Assembly (NCBI GenBank): GCA_049602075.1
Contig: JBMYRF010000020.1
Location: forward strand, 68,240-132,239
Direction: 5' to 3'
From: Rubripirellula sp.
Lineage (GTDB): Bacteria; Planctomycetota; Planctomycetia; Pirellulales; Pirellulaceae
DNA: 64,000 nucleotides
The translations under genes and the position numbers were made by a program. Under the pieces are notes generated by a model. It was not told the DNA's origin. It searched no databases and saw nothing but the letters and a program-made list of their open reading frames with translations. Below are positions 19,964 through 30,177 of this stretch, one piece after another (within the stretch, counting starts at the first letter, position 1; every line of letters starts with the position of its first letter).

Positions 19964-20307
19964 GCGTGTGCTGATGACCGTCGGCTTGTGCTGGCCAAGA
20001 TTGGCTCCTGCTGATCGGGTTTGGCTGCTACTGATCAAGGTTGGATCGATCCGAGGCAACAGGATCAATCCATGTTGCGCGAGTGCAGATTGAATTGCCT
20101 CCTGCCGCTACAGCCTTTTGCCGCTGCCGGCACTGCTGGTTTAGCAAACTGTGATTTAGGTCAGCTAACTAGTTTTTGCTTTTCAATTGGCTTTGCTTTT
20201 CAATCGCCCTCGATTCCACGTTTTGTCCAGGCAGACTAAGATTCGGGTCGTCTGCCACGGATGTTTCCGTCACCTCGACGAATAGGGGGCTCAGGCCTTC
20301 ATTCCCC

Positions 20308-21027
20308 ATGCCACTGATTGAATTAGATGATGTCCGACGAGTCTATGACTTGGGTGAAGTCCAAGTGCATGCTCTTCGAAGCGTTTCGCTCGATATTGAT
20401 TTGGGCGAATATGTCGCTTTGGTCGGCCCGTCCGGATCGGGTAAATCGACTCTCATGAATACGCTCGGATGCCTCGATCGGCCGACGCACGGGAGTTATC
20501 TCTTGGACAGCCAAGAGATTGTTACGATGAATCGTGACGAGCGAGCTCGGATTCGTAACAAACAGCTGGGGTTCGTATTCCAGAACTTCAACCTGCTCAA
20601 CCGAACGTCCGCGCTTGAGAATGTTGAACTACCGCTGATGTACGCGTCCGGTATTTCTGCGCGGGAGCGAAATGAGCGAGCGAGGGAATTGCTTGAACGG
20701 GTAGGCCTGTACGATCGTCTTGACCATCATCCAGCCCAACTGTCAGGAGGCCAGCAACAGCGTGTGGCAATCGCGCGGGCCTTGGTAAACCGGCCGTCGA
20801 TCTTGATGGGAGATGAACCGACGGGAAATTTGGACTCGAAAACGAGCACGGAGGTGATCGAGTTGTTCCAGAAGCTAAATCAAGATGAAAAAATCACTGT
20901 GATCCTGGTCACGCACGACCAGAATGTTGCTCGCAATGCTCGCCGCACCATTGTGCTTCACGATGGAGAAGTTGCTGCCGATACAACGGATTTTGAGCAG
21001 GTCGTCGAAATTCTGAATCAAGGCTGA
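20308..21027 (+). CDS. ABC transporter ATP-binding protein, LolD/MacB/FtsE-like
   Basis: Walker [25 protein letters not shown] signature, Walker [14 protein letters not shown]-loop VTHD. ATG at 20308 (MPLIEL) preferred. Confidence 0.95.
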   Translation: MPLIELDDVRRVYDLGEVQVHALRSVSLDIDLGEYVALVGPSGSGKSTLMNTLGCLDRPTHGSYLLDSQEIVTMNRDERARIRNKQLGFVFQNFNLLNRTSALENVELPLMYASGISARERNERARELLERVGLYDRLDHHPAQLSGGQQQRVAIARALVNRPSILMGDEPTGNLDSKTSTEVIELFQKLNQDEKITVILVTHDQNVARNARRTIVLHDGEVAADTTDFEQVVEILNQG

Positions 21028-21193
21028 CCAAGGATCAGCGTCTCGAATGCTTCTGTTGCGAGCTGGTTTTGAGCCGGTTGCGAGGGCTCGAAGTGGCCCA
21101 AGTGGGAACGCTTGGCAAAACACGGCAAAAACGCGAGCATTAGATGCCGAGATCGGGTCACTCGCGTGTCGCAACTGGTAGCTGGTAACTCCG

Positions 21194-21973
21194 TTGCCTC
21201 GGATTACCCTAGGTCGCATGTCCCGCACCAACACCCAAAATCCAGATCCAGATCCAGATCCAGAGCCTGCCATGCCCAAGGTGGGTGTTCGGACCGGTTT
21301 GTCTATTTGGGTGTCTTTGCATCTAGTTGCGATCGCGATCTCTTACACGAGTGTTGTCGAGCCATCGTCAGTGCATGCGAGATTGACGCGGTTGCTGCAT
21401 CCCTATCTGCGATCCCCGCATTTCGGTGCCGATGACCGGCCCGTTTATTTGACTCACGGTGAATCATCAGAGCAGCCTCACCAATTGCAGATCTCCGCCG
21501 CTGGCGGGAGCCCCGACCAGATTCGGGAAAGCGAATGGCAGACGGTCGACTCGCTAGGGGGCAACGCCCTGCCTGGTTTGGCGGCATCGGATCGAATGGC
21601 TCGTTATCTTTCGACGGTAACTTTGCTGAGCGAGAACGAGCAACCAAGTTTAGCGGCGGAGTTGCTGTTGCCGATCGCGTTGCAAGATAGCTCGATCACT
21701 GCGATTCGGGTGATCCGTTTTCCGACCGATCTGACCGACGTGAATACAGGAATCACAACCCTCTATCAGGCAAGCGTGATCCGCACTGCTGATTCGGTGG
21801 CCTTGATTCAATTGCGAGAGCAGCGGCTGAGTGCAGAGGCTGTGCTGGGCACTGGAGACGCTGTGCTGGGCACTGGAGACGCTGTGCTGGGCACTGACGG
21901 CGCTGTGCTGAGTAACGAGGTCGTTGTGCCGGGCAAAGCTGGTGTGGTTTCTGAGGAGGATTCTGATGAGTGA
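21194..21973 (+). CDS. Hypothetical membrane-anchored protein, partner of the HTTM-like gene
   Basis: 259 aa ORF with one hydrophobic segment (GLSIWVSLHLVAIAISY) followed by a PYL motif. Overlaps the next gene by 8 bp. Start uncertain (21194, 21218 or 21272). Confidence 0.7.
   Translation: MPRITLGRMSRTNTQNPDPDPDPEPAMPKVGVRTGLSIWVSLHLVAIAISYTSVVEPSSVHARLTRLLHPYLRSPHFGADDRPVYLTHGESSEQPHQLQISAAGGSPDQIRESEWQTVDSLGGNALPGLAASDRMARYLSTVTLLSENEQPSLAAELLLPIALQDSSITAIRVIRFPTDLTDVNTGITTLYQASVIRTADSVALIQLREQRLSAEAVLGTGDAVLGTGDAVLGTDGAVLSNEVVVPGKAGVVSEEDSDE
21839..21911 (+). repeat. In-frame 21-bp tandem repeat x3.5 (AVLGTGD)
   Basis: GCTGTGCTGGGCACTGGAGAC repeated in the 3' end of the 21194-21973 ORF. 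Confidence 0.9.
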
Positions 21974-22874
21974 ATCTTCGCAGCAAGAGGTGCCGGGGCA
22001 CTGGGACCGCTTTTGGTTTACACCTGACAGCATCGGGCCGATGGCCTTTGTGCGTGGGTTGCTTTGCATCATCGCGGCATTCTATTTCGTGAGCAGCTGG
22101 GGGGATGTCGGTTTTTGGTACGCCGATGAGGGGCCGTTATCTTCAGAACGCATCGCGTCTTTTCTGCAGACCAGTGGTTTGACCGCACCTGCGCGTTGGA
22201 TCGTTTCTCCTCTTTTTTTAAGTAGTTCAGTCCTCGTCTATCGAGCTTATTTGATTGCCGGAATCTGTTTGTCGGTCTTGTCGCTCACCGGGCGTGGAGG
22301 TCGGGCGATTCCGTGGTTGTTATGGATCTTTGTGGTCGGTTGGGCCAACCGCGCGATGCTGCTTTCAAGCTTGACCGAATCCGCGCTCAGCTTGGGATTG
22401 TTTGCGGCTGCAATTGCGCCACCCGGGCCAATCACTGCGAAGAGTCATGCGGCGGATCGCAAGCATTGGACTGCCGGCTTTGCCAGTCGAGTCATGGCGG
22501 CTCAGGTCACGTTGCTTGGCGGAGCGACCTTCGTGACGATGCTGGCAGGACGCGTTTGGTTCAACGGGATGGGGGCGTACGCCTTAGCAGCACCGACTCA
22601 AAACCGCACCATTGATTGGACTCGCTTTGCCGCTTTCCGAAACCCGCTGGTGTATGAGTCGATCACGCACTTACTGATGTTCATGCTGCCGTTGGGGCTC
22701 ATGTTGGCTTGGCTGCCGAAGACGAATCGTACTGGACAGATAATTTTGGTGCTGTGGTGTGCTGTCATCGGTGCACTCGGCTCGCATTGGCTCTACGCCG
22801 CCACGATGGCAACGATGGCCTTGTCGATTCGCCCACGCTCGGTCGCTCTGCCCAGTAGTCGCTCTGCCCAGTGA
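21966..22874 (+). CDS. HTTM-like polytopic membrane protein (divergent)
   Basis: WDRFWFTP...FVRGLL N-terminus, WANR motif, LAGRVWFNG segment and about 8 hydrophobic helices resemble planctomycete HTTM proteins. ATG at 21966. Confidence 0.65.
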   Translation: MSESSQQEVPGHWDRFWFTPDSIGPMAFVRGLLCIIAAFYFVSSWGDVGFWYADEGPLSSERIASFLQTSGLTAPARWIVSPLFLSSSVLVYRAYLIAGICLSVLSLTGRGGRAIPWLLWIFVVGWANRAMLLSSLTESALSLGLFAAAIAPPGPITAKSHAADRKHWTAGFASRVMAAQVTLLGGATFVTMLAGRVWFNGMGAYALAAPTQNRTIDWTRFAAFRNPLVYESITHLLMFMLPLGLMLAWLPKTNRTGQIILVLWCAVIGALGSHWLYAATMATMALSIRPRSVALPSSRSAQ

Positions 22875-23006
22875 CTGAATGTTTTCAGTAATCGATGAAC
22901 TGAACATCGGGTCGAGGCAGGGTAGCAATTAAGTCGTGGTCGCTGATCGATTCAACCGCTCGGCGGGTTGGCTTGGATGTCGACTCAAATGCCGGCACGC
23001 TGCCGT

Positions 23007-23486
23007 TTAGAAAGAAGAATAGGGAGCTTGGCTTCCCGGTTGCTGCTGAATGGGCGTGGAATAGGGTTGCTGCTGCGGTTGCTGTGGCGCGGAATAGGGG
23101 GGCTGCCATGGAGTGCCGGTTGGCTGCTGTTGCTGCTGTTGGTTCGCGGGCGTTTGCCGCTGCCAATGACCGTCATACTGCCATGATTGAGGCTCACTTG
23201 CTAATTGCTGGCCTCCCCATTGCGGCTGCTGATTTGACTGCGGCTGCTGATTTGACCGCGTCTGCTGATTTGACTGGGGCTGTCCAGCTTGGCCAAATTC
23301 CTGTCTCGCGAGTTGTTCGCCGCGATGCAGATATTCGCGTCCGCGATTGATCGCGTTGCGGGCGTCATTTCGAATTTCATTTTGATTGATTTCGATCAAG
23401 GTCCGATCGCCCTGCCGGTTGACGCGAAACCAGCCAGCCGCAGACGCAGCGATCAACAACATGCCAAAGATCAATAGATTACGCAT
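23007..23486 (-). CDS. Small secreted/membrane-anchored protein with Gln/Pro-rich disordered tail
   Basis: MRNLLIFGMLLIAASAAGWF signal-like start at ATG 23486, helical IEINQNEIRNDAR segment, low-complexity Q/P tail. Confidence 0.7.
   Translation of the reverse strand: MRNLLIFGMLLIAASAAGWFRVNRQGDRTLIEINQNEIRNDARNAINRGREYLHRGEQLARQEFGQAGQPQSNQQTRSNQQPQSNQQPQWGGQQLASEPQSWQYDGHWQRQTPANQQQQQQPTGTPWQPPYSAPQQPQQQPYSTPIQQQPGSQAPYSSF
23221..23274 (-). repeat. In-frame 18-bp tandem repeat x3 (QSNQQP-like)
   Basis: TGCGGCTGCTGATTTGAC x2 plus one variant copy. Confidence 0.85.
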
Positions 23487-24165
23487 CGCAGATACCGTTG
23501 TGGTTGAACAGGTGATGCAGTTGCGAGCAAAGCGTTTTCGGCTTGTGACTTTGCGAGCAACCTCAAGTTCGAAACTCATCCCCGAAAAGTGGGGCTGCTC
23601 TTGTACCGAACGCCGCCAGACGACGCGATGTCGGTTTTGGATGCTGGTCGGTCCTCAGGCTGGATTTTGGGCGGTGCAATCGTTCTGATGACGCAGCATT
23701 CAACGGCAGTTGGGAATGCCGGGCATACTTTCGACGATTTTGCAGTTGTTCGATACTCTGACGACCAGGATGCATCGAGTAACAACAACCTTTCAAAACT
23801 CCTGCCGCCGCCCCGGAAAAACTCCTGGGGATTTGTGGGACGCATGCCGGGATTCTCAGGGAGGGATGGCGAGGGACTGCGACGATGCTGGGGTTGTCAG
23901 TTTGGGGTTTTCAGTTTGAATCGATGCGGATGCGTGCCGGTGTTGCTCCAGGCTGGTACCGCCAAGGCAGAGTTCTGGTGAGTTCTGGTTAGGGTCAACG
24001 GTCGTCGATTCGGGGGACCGGTTCGGGGGACAGTGGCGATTTGCAATTCCTCTTGAAGCGGGGAATGCGTTTCCCCTGGATGGCGAGCAGCGGGAAAGAT
24101 AGGCAAGTGATGTAATGCAAGCTCGATGCGTTGTGAGAGTTCGCCGAAGCAATTATGTTCGGGGG

Positions 24166-26103
24166 ATGGGTTGGTGTCTTCGATATTTGCTGCTGTCGAT
24201 TTTGGTCCCCGGGGTGATCCCGTTGGCGCATGGGCAGGGAACGACGATCGCGGAGGCAACGGCCTGGATTCGCACCGAATTCGAGCGTTTAGATCGCGAC
24301 TTTGATCGCAGCTTGGGGCAAGCGGAGTTTTTGGCTCGCGATGTAGAACCGGCGGTCTTAAAACGGGATTTTATTCTGTACGACGGTGACCGCAGTGGAA
24401 CGCTCTCCTTGGCAGAGTTCGCGGCCGTCTCCGGGCTTGTGCCACCCTCGCTGCGAGGGACCATGTCTGACCCCTTTGATGATCTGGTTTCTGCCGCTGT
24501 TGCTGCGCTCGATGAATCGTACGACGGTTGGAATCAACGACCCCGCGAGTTGGTCAACGCTCATACCTTTGTTTCCAATTTTTTAGGCTCCATTTCACCT
24601 GGTAGCAAACTATTTGTGACCGGTCGAATTCTTCGTCAAGCCGATCAGGATTCTGATGGAAGATTAAGCCGATCAGAAGCGAAACACTTCATCGAACAAC
24701 AGCTTGGTTATCGGTGGTACACTGGGCCACCGCTTCGCGAACCGACTGGGCGACTTGTACGTTTTGACTGGTTTCTCGATGTCGATACTGATCAGAGTGG
24801 ATCACTGACTCGAGAAGAATTTGATCGCGGTTGGTGGAACCGAGCCAATCTTGAATCGGACTTTCTAGAGAATGATCGTGATGGCAACGGTCAAATTTCA
24901 TACGCGGAATATGGACACCCTGATTCCAAGCAGTACTTTGATCCAATTGAATGGTTCCGCGGAGCAGATCAGAACTTGGACGCCTTGTTAGATGCCGGTG
25001 AGATGTTTGCCGCTAGCGATGATTCCCGTCGGCAATTGGTCGCTTCTTCCTTCCACGGTTTCGATGCGAATGGTGATGAGCGGTTGACGCTCGACGAGTA
25101 TCGCTTGTCCTTACATGCCAATGTAAATTTTAGTTGGCAACGGAAACCGGTCGACAAAAATCGCGACGGGCGGTTGTCGTATGACGAGTTCCAGTTTCAC
25201 TCCTTTGATTTGTTCCACCTTCAGCGACGCTATTTCTTTCATCGGCTCGATCGTGACGCTGACGGATTTCTTAGTCGTCAGGAATTTGCATTTCAGTCTC
25301 GACGGCCTGATGGGGTACACCTCCTGCCGGTCCGTGGTGGTTCATCGCGACTTTTGTTTCGTGACCCGGAGTTCCCACGTTGCGGGTGGCCGGTGTTGTC
25401 CCCTGATGGTTCAAGCGTGTTGTTCCATCGTCGTCGGCCTGACGACGCGACGGGCCAAATCGTGCGTTTCGACGTTGAATCTGGTAAGTCCAGTGTGCTG
25501 ACCGATGGTTTGCAGCCATCTTGGTCACGAAATGGCCGTCGCTTTGTTTGCACACGTAAGACGGGCAAACGTGGAATTTGCATCATGAGCGAGACGGGAG
25601 ATATCATTGAACAATTGGGGGAAGGATCGTCTGCAAAATGGTCTCCCGATGGTCAGTTGATTGCTTTTCTGCATGACAATGGGGTGTGGGTTCATCACGT
25701 TGCTAATGGCCAGCGTCGTTGCTTACTGGAACGAGATCAGCATGATTATCAAAACTTGGGTGACGACATTGCTTGGTCCCCCGATAGTGGGCGAATCGCC
25801 TTCGTGGGCCGCACAACTGCTCGATCTGACCTGATCCTGTTGAAGGTTGACGATTCAACGTGGTCGACTCGATTTCAATTTCCACCAAACCAACAGGTGG
25901 TTGGTCACTTGAACTGGAGTCATCAACGGGGCATTGTCTTTCAATTGCATGATCAACTTCGTGATGCGAAGGAGTTGTTAACGTTGGGACCGGAGGATCA
26001 AGCGGATCCAACGCCGGCAAAATGGCTCTCCTCAGATCGGCTTTGGAAATCGGCTTGCGTCAGCCCTAGCGGTATTTGGTACACGGCAATCTCGGAAAAT
26101 TGA
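24166..26103 (+). CDS. Secreted multi-EF-hand protein fused to a PD40/TolB-like beta-propeller
   Basis: Signal peptide. Nine EF-hand-like loops (e.g. DGDRSGTLSLAE, DTDQSGSLTREE, DRDGNGQISYAE, DKNRDGRLSYDE). C-terminal LSPDG/WSRNG/WSPDG/WSPDS repeats. Start 24166 or 24115. Confidence 0.85.
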   Translation: MGWCLRYLLLSILVPGVIPLAHGQGTTIAEATAWIRTEFERLDRDFDRSLGQAEFLARDVEPAVLKRDFILYDGDRSGTLSLAEFAAVSGLVPPSLRGTMSDPFDDLVSAAVAALDESYDGWNQRPRELVNAHTFVSNFLGSISPGSKLFVTGRILRQADQDSDGRLSRSEAKHFIEQQLGYRWYTGPPLREPTGRLVRFDWFLDVDTDQSGSLTREEFDRGWWNRANLESDFLENDRDGNGQISYAEYGHPDSKQYFDPIEWFRGADQNLDALLDAGEMFAASDDSRRQLVASSFHGFDANGDERLTLDEYRLSLHANVNFSWQRKPVDKNRDGRLSYDEFQFHSFDLFHLQRRYFFHRLDRDADGFLSRQEFAFQSRRPDGVHLLPVRGGSSRLLFRDPEFPRCGWPVLSPDGSSVLFHRRRPDDATGQIVRFDVESGKSSVLTDGLQPSWSRNGRRFVCTRKTGKRGICIMSETGDIIEQLGEGSSAKWSPDGQLIAFLHDNGVWVHHVANGQRRCLLERDQHDYQNLGDDIAWSPDSGRIAFVGRTTARSDLILLKVDDSTWSTRFQFPPNQQVVGHLNWSHQRGIVFQLHDQLRDAKELLTLGPEDQADPTPAKWLSSDRLWKSACVSPSGIWYTAISEN

Positions 26104-26122
26104 TTTTCATTGCGTGGTGTGG

Positions 26123-26374
26123 ATGATGGATGAGCCACTATTTGACGCTAGTAACGATCCGAATGTGAGATCGAGACGTGAAACACCTGCCGACGGATCG
26201 GCACCGACGCGCCCGTTTCTCGGAATTCGGTTTGAATGTTGTAAAACATACGGACGAATTTATCGCAATGCTCAAAAAACGGCGTATACCGGCAAGTGTC
26301 CGAGTTGCTTTGCCAAGGTGACTGTTCCTATTGGGAATGAAGGATCTTCTACGCGGTTCTTCACTGCCCGTTAG
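26123..26374 (+). CDS. Small Cys-containing hypothetical protein (possible zinc binder)
   Basis: RPFLGIRFECCKTYGRIYRN...GKCPSC...RFF. Four cysteines arranged as CC...CxxC. Confidence 0.75.
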   Translation: MMDEPLFDASNDPNVRSRRETPADGSAPTRPFLGIRFECCKTYGRIYRNAQKTAYTGKCPSCFAKVTVPIGNEGSSTRFFTAR

Positions 26375-26614
26375 CTGCTGCCCAACGCATAGTCGTTTTG
26401 TAGATTCTACCCAAGGCATGACTGTCGACGGGTACTAAGCTGTCCCGATGAGGAATGGCGGCACGATTTACTTCGATGCTGCTAGCTTTGGTGCTGCTTA
26501 CCTTGATACTGCGGCTGCGATTGGTTGGTTCATGTCTCATCTTGTGATTCGCCTTGCCATTTTGTTACCGTCGCCAGGGATCGGTAGAGGTTTTGGTTTC
26601 ACGTTGGATGTTTC

Positions 26615-27238
26615 ATGCTGGGCGAATACAAAGTTGGTCGGTGCACCCGAGTTTGTCATTCACAATCGCGTCCACTGCGCGATGGTGAATGGTATTACAG
26701 CGTTGTGCTGGAAAGCGATGAAGAGTTCGTTCGGCAGGATTATTCGGCGGAGAGTTGGACAGGTCCGCCCGAGAATGCGATTGGGTGGTGGAAAAACCGA
26801 ATGCCGATGTCGGATGAGAAAAAATTGGTGCTGGCGCCGCCAGAAGTGCTGATCGATATGCTTCGACAGATGGAGGCGGTTCCCTCGCGTGCCAAAAGCC
26901 GTTACCTGCTAGCTTTGATGTTAATGCGTCGGAAGCTGGTTCGTTCCGCACCGGTTGAAACGCAGGATTTGATGAAGGGAGTGTCTGCTAATAAGCCAGA
27001 TTCCCCAAGTCAGAGGCAGGATGCCAATGACGTTGAATTGCCAGATTACGCTGGACCAGAAGGTGTGGAACCAGATGGTACAGAAGAGATTCTGCGAGTC
27101 GAAGTGATTTCGGATGGCAGCTTCATCGAGGTGCCGGTTCAAATGATCAGTCGTCGTGAAGCAGAGACTCTGCGAGATGAGTTGAACGAATTACTTTATT
27201 GCGAATCAGATCCCGTGTCGGATAGCGAAATTGACTAG
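26615..27238 (+). CDS. Conserved hypothetical protein (planctomycete-type)
   Basis: 207 aa ORF with N-terminal CTRVC and YYSV, WWK, YLLALMLMRRK motifs. Co-directional with its neighbours. Confidence 0.75.
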   Translation: MLGEYKVGRCTRVCHSQSRPLRDGEWYYSVVLESDEEFVRQDYSAESWTGPPENAIGWWKNRMPMSDEKKLVLAPPEVLIDMLRQMEAVPSRAKSRYLLALMLMRRKLVRSAPVETQDLMKGVSANKPDSPSQRQDANDVELPDYAGPEGVEPDGTEEILRVEVISDGSFIEVPVQMISRREAETLRDELNELLYCESDPVSDSEID

Positions 27239-27285
27239 GCGATCGGCACAAACGGCAATCTGATACGACCACGACACCGGCAAGG

Positions 27286-28278
27286 ATGCAGGCAGTGTCA
27301 CGACTGAAATTAAAATCACCCTGGGAATCATTGGCGACCACCATCGCCATGATTTGCGTTTGTTTCGTTTGTGGCGGAGCGACTTGCAGTCGTGGCGGGG
27401 CGCCGATGCCGTTTCCACCACCACCGGTCGTATTTGAGCAAACACCAACACTTGAGCAACTGGCCGAAGTCGTCAATCGCACATCGAGTGTCCAGCAGTT
27501 GTCCAGCAACTCTGCCAAAGTTGAAGTGCTGACGATGCCCAGCGTCCCACGATTGCAGGCAACGTTGAACCTGCAACGTGATCGACGTTTCCGCTTGCGA
27601 GCGAATCTGCCGATCGTTCTTGGTGTTGGCTTGGACATGGGCAGTAACGACGAAATGTTCTGGTTCGAAGTTCCTGAAGGGATGTCCAAGGTTCTTTATT
27701 ACGCCAGCCATGAGCAATATCGAAAGCAACTCAAGCGGGCAATCTTGCCAGTCGATCCGACCTGGATCATGGATGCCTTGGGGCTGGTTCAAATCGACGC
27801 GGCAACCGTCGTCGCCGGGCCGATATTACGGGACGATGGCAAACTCGAGATTCGCAGTACGATGTCGATGCCCGACGGAATCTATCAGCGTGTTTGTTTT
27901 ATTGATCCCAGCGGAGGTTATGTGACCGATCAATACCTGTACGCGCCTGGCGGTAATTTGATTGCACAAAGCCAAGCATCCAACCACGCATATTACGAGC
28001 AGCAACAGTGTGCTTTGCCCCACAAGGTGGAGATTCACTTGGCACCTGCGGTTGGCCCACCGTTATCGATGCGGATTGAGATTGGAACCTATCTGGTAAA
28101 CCAATTGTTAAGCAGTGATCCTCAGCTTTTCGTCATGCCGACTTCCGCATCCCAAAGCGTCGATCTGACTACCCTGTCCGATCCATCGCAGATGCCCCCG
28201 ACAATCCCCGCATCTGGGCCAGTCAACTATAGCGCGAATGCTCCGACCGCCTATCCGCTGCGAGGAACCCTTCGTTAG
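27286..28278 (+). CDS. Hypothetical exported protein, probable lipoprotein
   Basis: 330 aa. Hydrophobic N-terminal segment with GAT-C, beta-rich body (DMGSNDEMFWF), Pro-rich tail. Confidence 0.8.
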   Translation: MQAVSRLKLKSPWESLATTIAMICVCFVCGGATCSRGGAPMPFPPPPVVFEQTPTLEQLAEVVNRTSSVQQLSSNSAKVEVLTMPSVPRLQATLNLQRDRRFRLRANLPIVLGVGLDMGSNDEMFWFEVPEGMSKVLYYASHEQYRKQLKRAILPVDPTWIMDALGLVQIDAATVVAGPILRDDGKLEIRSTMSMPDGIYQRVCFIDPSGGYVTDQYLYAPGGNLIAQSQASNHAYYEQQQCALPHKVEIHLAPAVGPPLSMRIEIGTYLVNQLLSSDPQLFVMPTSASQSVDLTTLSDPSQMPPTIPASGPVNYSANAPTAYPLRGTLR

Positions 28279-28455
28279 TAGTTGGCTGTGTTGCCTCGGT
28301 GAGCTGTGGCCCTTCGGTGACTTGGGTTACTCGTGTGATTAGCAATGTTTCCTTGTTTTGCTTGCGGGCTGCTGGAACTCATGCTCGAGGCGGGCGAATG
28401 GTTAATGAGTGTTTGCAATCGGTATTCAGCCATTGTGAGCGACTCACACGACGAC

Positions 28456-29475
28456 CTATCGATTTTTTTCTTGGGGGGCGGTTTCGGCTGGGTTGGCTCG
28501 ATGCATCAATTCCAGATCACTTCTTACCATGATGCTTGCTAGTTCCGGCAACCGGGTTTCGGCTCGCCAATTGAGTTTGGTTAATGCTTTGTTGGAATCA
28601 CCGATCAAGTGCCCGACATCGCTGGGGCGTATATAACGGGAGTCTTGCTCGACATGATCTCGCCAATCGAGGTTCACGGATTGGAAAGCAGCCTCGAGGA
28701 AGTCTCGGACTCGATGGGTCTCGCCGGTGGCCAGGACGAAGTCGTCGGGTTCGGGTTGCTGTAGCATTCGCCACATTGCGTCAACATACTCTGGCGCGTA
28801 ACCCCAATCTCGCTTTGCGTCGAGTGATCCGAGGGCGACTTTATCTTGCTGTCCCAATGAGATCGCAGCGGCTGCACGCGAGATTTTTCGAGTCACAAAC
28901 GATTCACCCCGTCGCGGCGATTCGTGGTTGTAACAAATGGCATTACAAGCGTAGCAGCCAAATGAATCTCGGTACAAACGAACCATTTGAGTTGCAAAGG
29001 CTTTGGCGATACCATACGGAGTGACCGGTTGCATTGGGGATTCTTCTGCTTGCGGCCACCGATTTGGGCGGCCAAAGATTTCGCTGCTGCTGATGTGTAG
29101 GAATCGCGGTTGCTTTTCGAGATCGCGAATGATCTCCAGTAGTTTCAAAGTTCCCATTGCTGTGAATTGACAGGTCGATTCCGGGATTTCGAAGCTGAGC
29201 CCAACGTGGCTTTGCCCGGCGAGATGGTACATTTCGTCGGGCATTGTTTTCAGCAAGATGCGCCGAATCGTTGTCGCGTCATCGAGGTCCGCATAATGGA
29301 GGAAAAGTCGTTGTTCATAGATCTGTTTATCTTGGAACAGCGGTTCCAGGCGGCTTCGGGAGATCGAACTGTTACGCCGAACCAAACCGTGGACAATGTA
29401 GCCTTGACGCAGTAAAAAATCAGTCAAGTACGAGCCATCTTGACCCGTGATGCCGGTAATGAGTGCTGTAGGCAA
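28456..29475 (-). CDS. gmd: GDP-mannose 4,6-dehydratase
   Basis: ALITGITGQDGSYL Rossmann motif, HLAGQSHV, YGIAK (YxxxK), NHESPRRGESFVTRKI, KRDWG. TTG start. Confidence 0.95.
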   Translation of the reverse strand: MPTALITGITGQDGSYLTDFLLRQGYIVHGLVRRNSSISRSRLEPLFQDKQIYEQRLFLHYADLDDATTIRRILLKTMPDEMYHLAGQSHVGLSFEIPESTCQFTAMGTLKLLEIIRDLEKQPRFLHISSSEIFGRPNRWPQAEESPMQPVTPYGIAKAFATQMVRLYRDSFGCYACNAICYNHESPRRGESFVTRKISRAAAAISLGQQDKVALGSLDAKRDWGYAPEYVDAMWRMLQQPEPDDFVLATGETHRVRDFLEAAFQSVNLDWRDHVEQDSRYIRPSDVGHLIGDSNKALTKLNWRAETRLPELASIMVRSDLELMHRANPAETAPQEKNR

Positions 29476-29622
29476 AGCGGATGTCTATCGTGAGAAGTGG
29501 TTCGGTTATTTGAAGCTGACGTTACTCAAGCTTTTAAGCTCGCAGGCTGCCACGCTCGTGGGGCAACTTCACCGACCATGATAGCATTAGGCTGTAACCG
29601 AGCGTTGTTTGCCCAATATGGA

Positions 29623-30177
29623 TTAAGCAATAACCTCAAGTTGGCAATCCTCGAGTTTTACACTGACCCCTTGTTCCATGAATTTGACCGCGACCAGCAG
29701 TCGCGTTTCTTGTTCACGTCGAATAATCGTGCCCTCGTAGCCGGAAAACACGCCATTCTTGACCCGAACGGTTTGCCCGGGTTGCATGCGACCCTCGAGT
29801 GTTAGGGGCACACCTAGGTTGATGAGATTCTGGATCTGCCTCAGATCATCCACAAACCGTGGGAGGTCGGTGATCTCTGTCGCCTTGAGAACGCATCCCG
29901 TGCATACCGCCTTGTATCGAGCTTCGTCATCTCCGCAGAGAAATACGTAGTTGTTGAAAATAGGTGCGTAAGTTGTGCGAATGCGGCCAGCGGGCGACCG
30001 ACGCCGGTTGGCGATTTGCGGTGCATAGTGAGCGACATCGAATTCCCGAAGATGCCGCATCAACTGTTTCTCTTGGCGTGATCTGGTGTACAGCAGCCAC
30101 CAATCATCCTCGATCCGCTCATCGTGATCGAGAAGGTCGCTGGGATGGCAATCTGGTTCGGAAGGCAAAATCGGCAT
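29623..30177 (-). CDS. NusG-family antiterminator (UpxY/RfaH/LoaP-like)
   Basis: NGN domain WWLLYTRSRQEKQL...PIFNNYVFL, plus KOW motif GQTVRVKNGVFSGYEG. Directly upstream of gmd. Confidence 0.88.
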   Translation of the reverse strand: MPILPSEPDCHPSDLLDHDERIEDDWWLLYTRSRQEKQLMRHLREFDVAHYAPQIANRRRSPAGRIRTTYAPIFNNYVFLCGDDEARYKAVCTGCVLKATEITDLPRFVDDLRQIQNLINLGVPLTLEGRMQPGQTVRVKNGVFSGYEGTIIRREQETRLLVAVKFMEQGVSVKLEDCQLEVIA

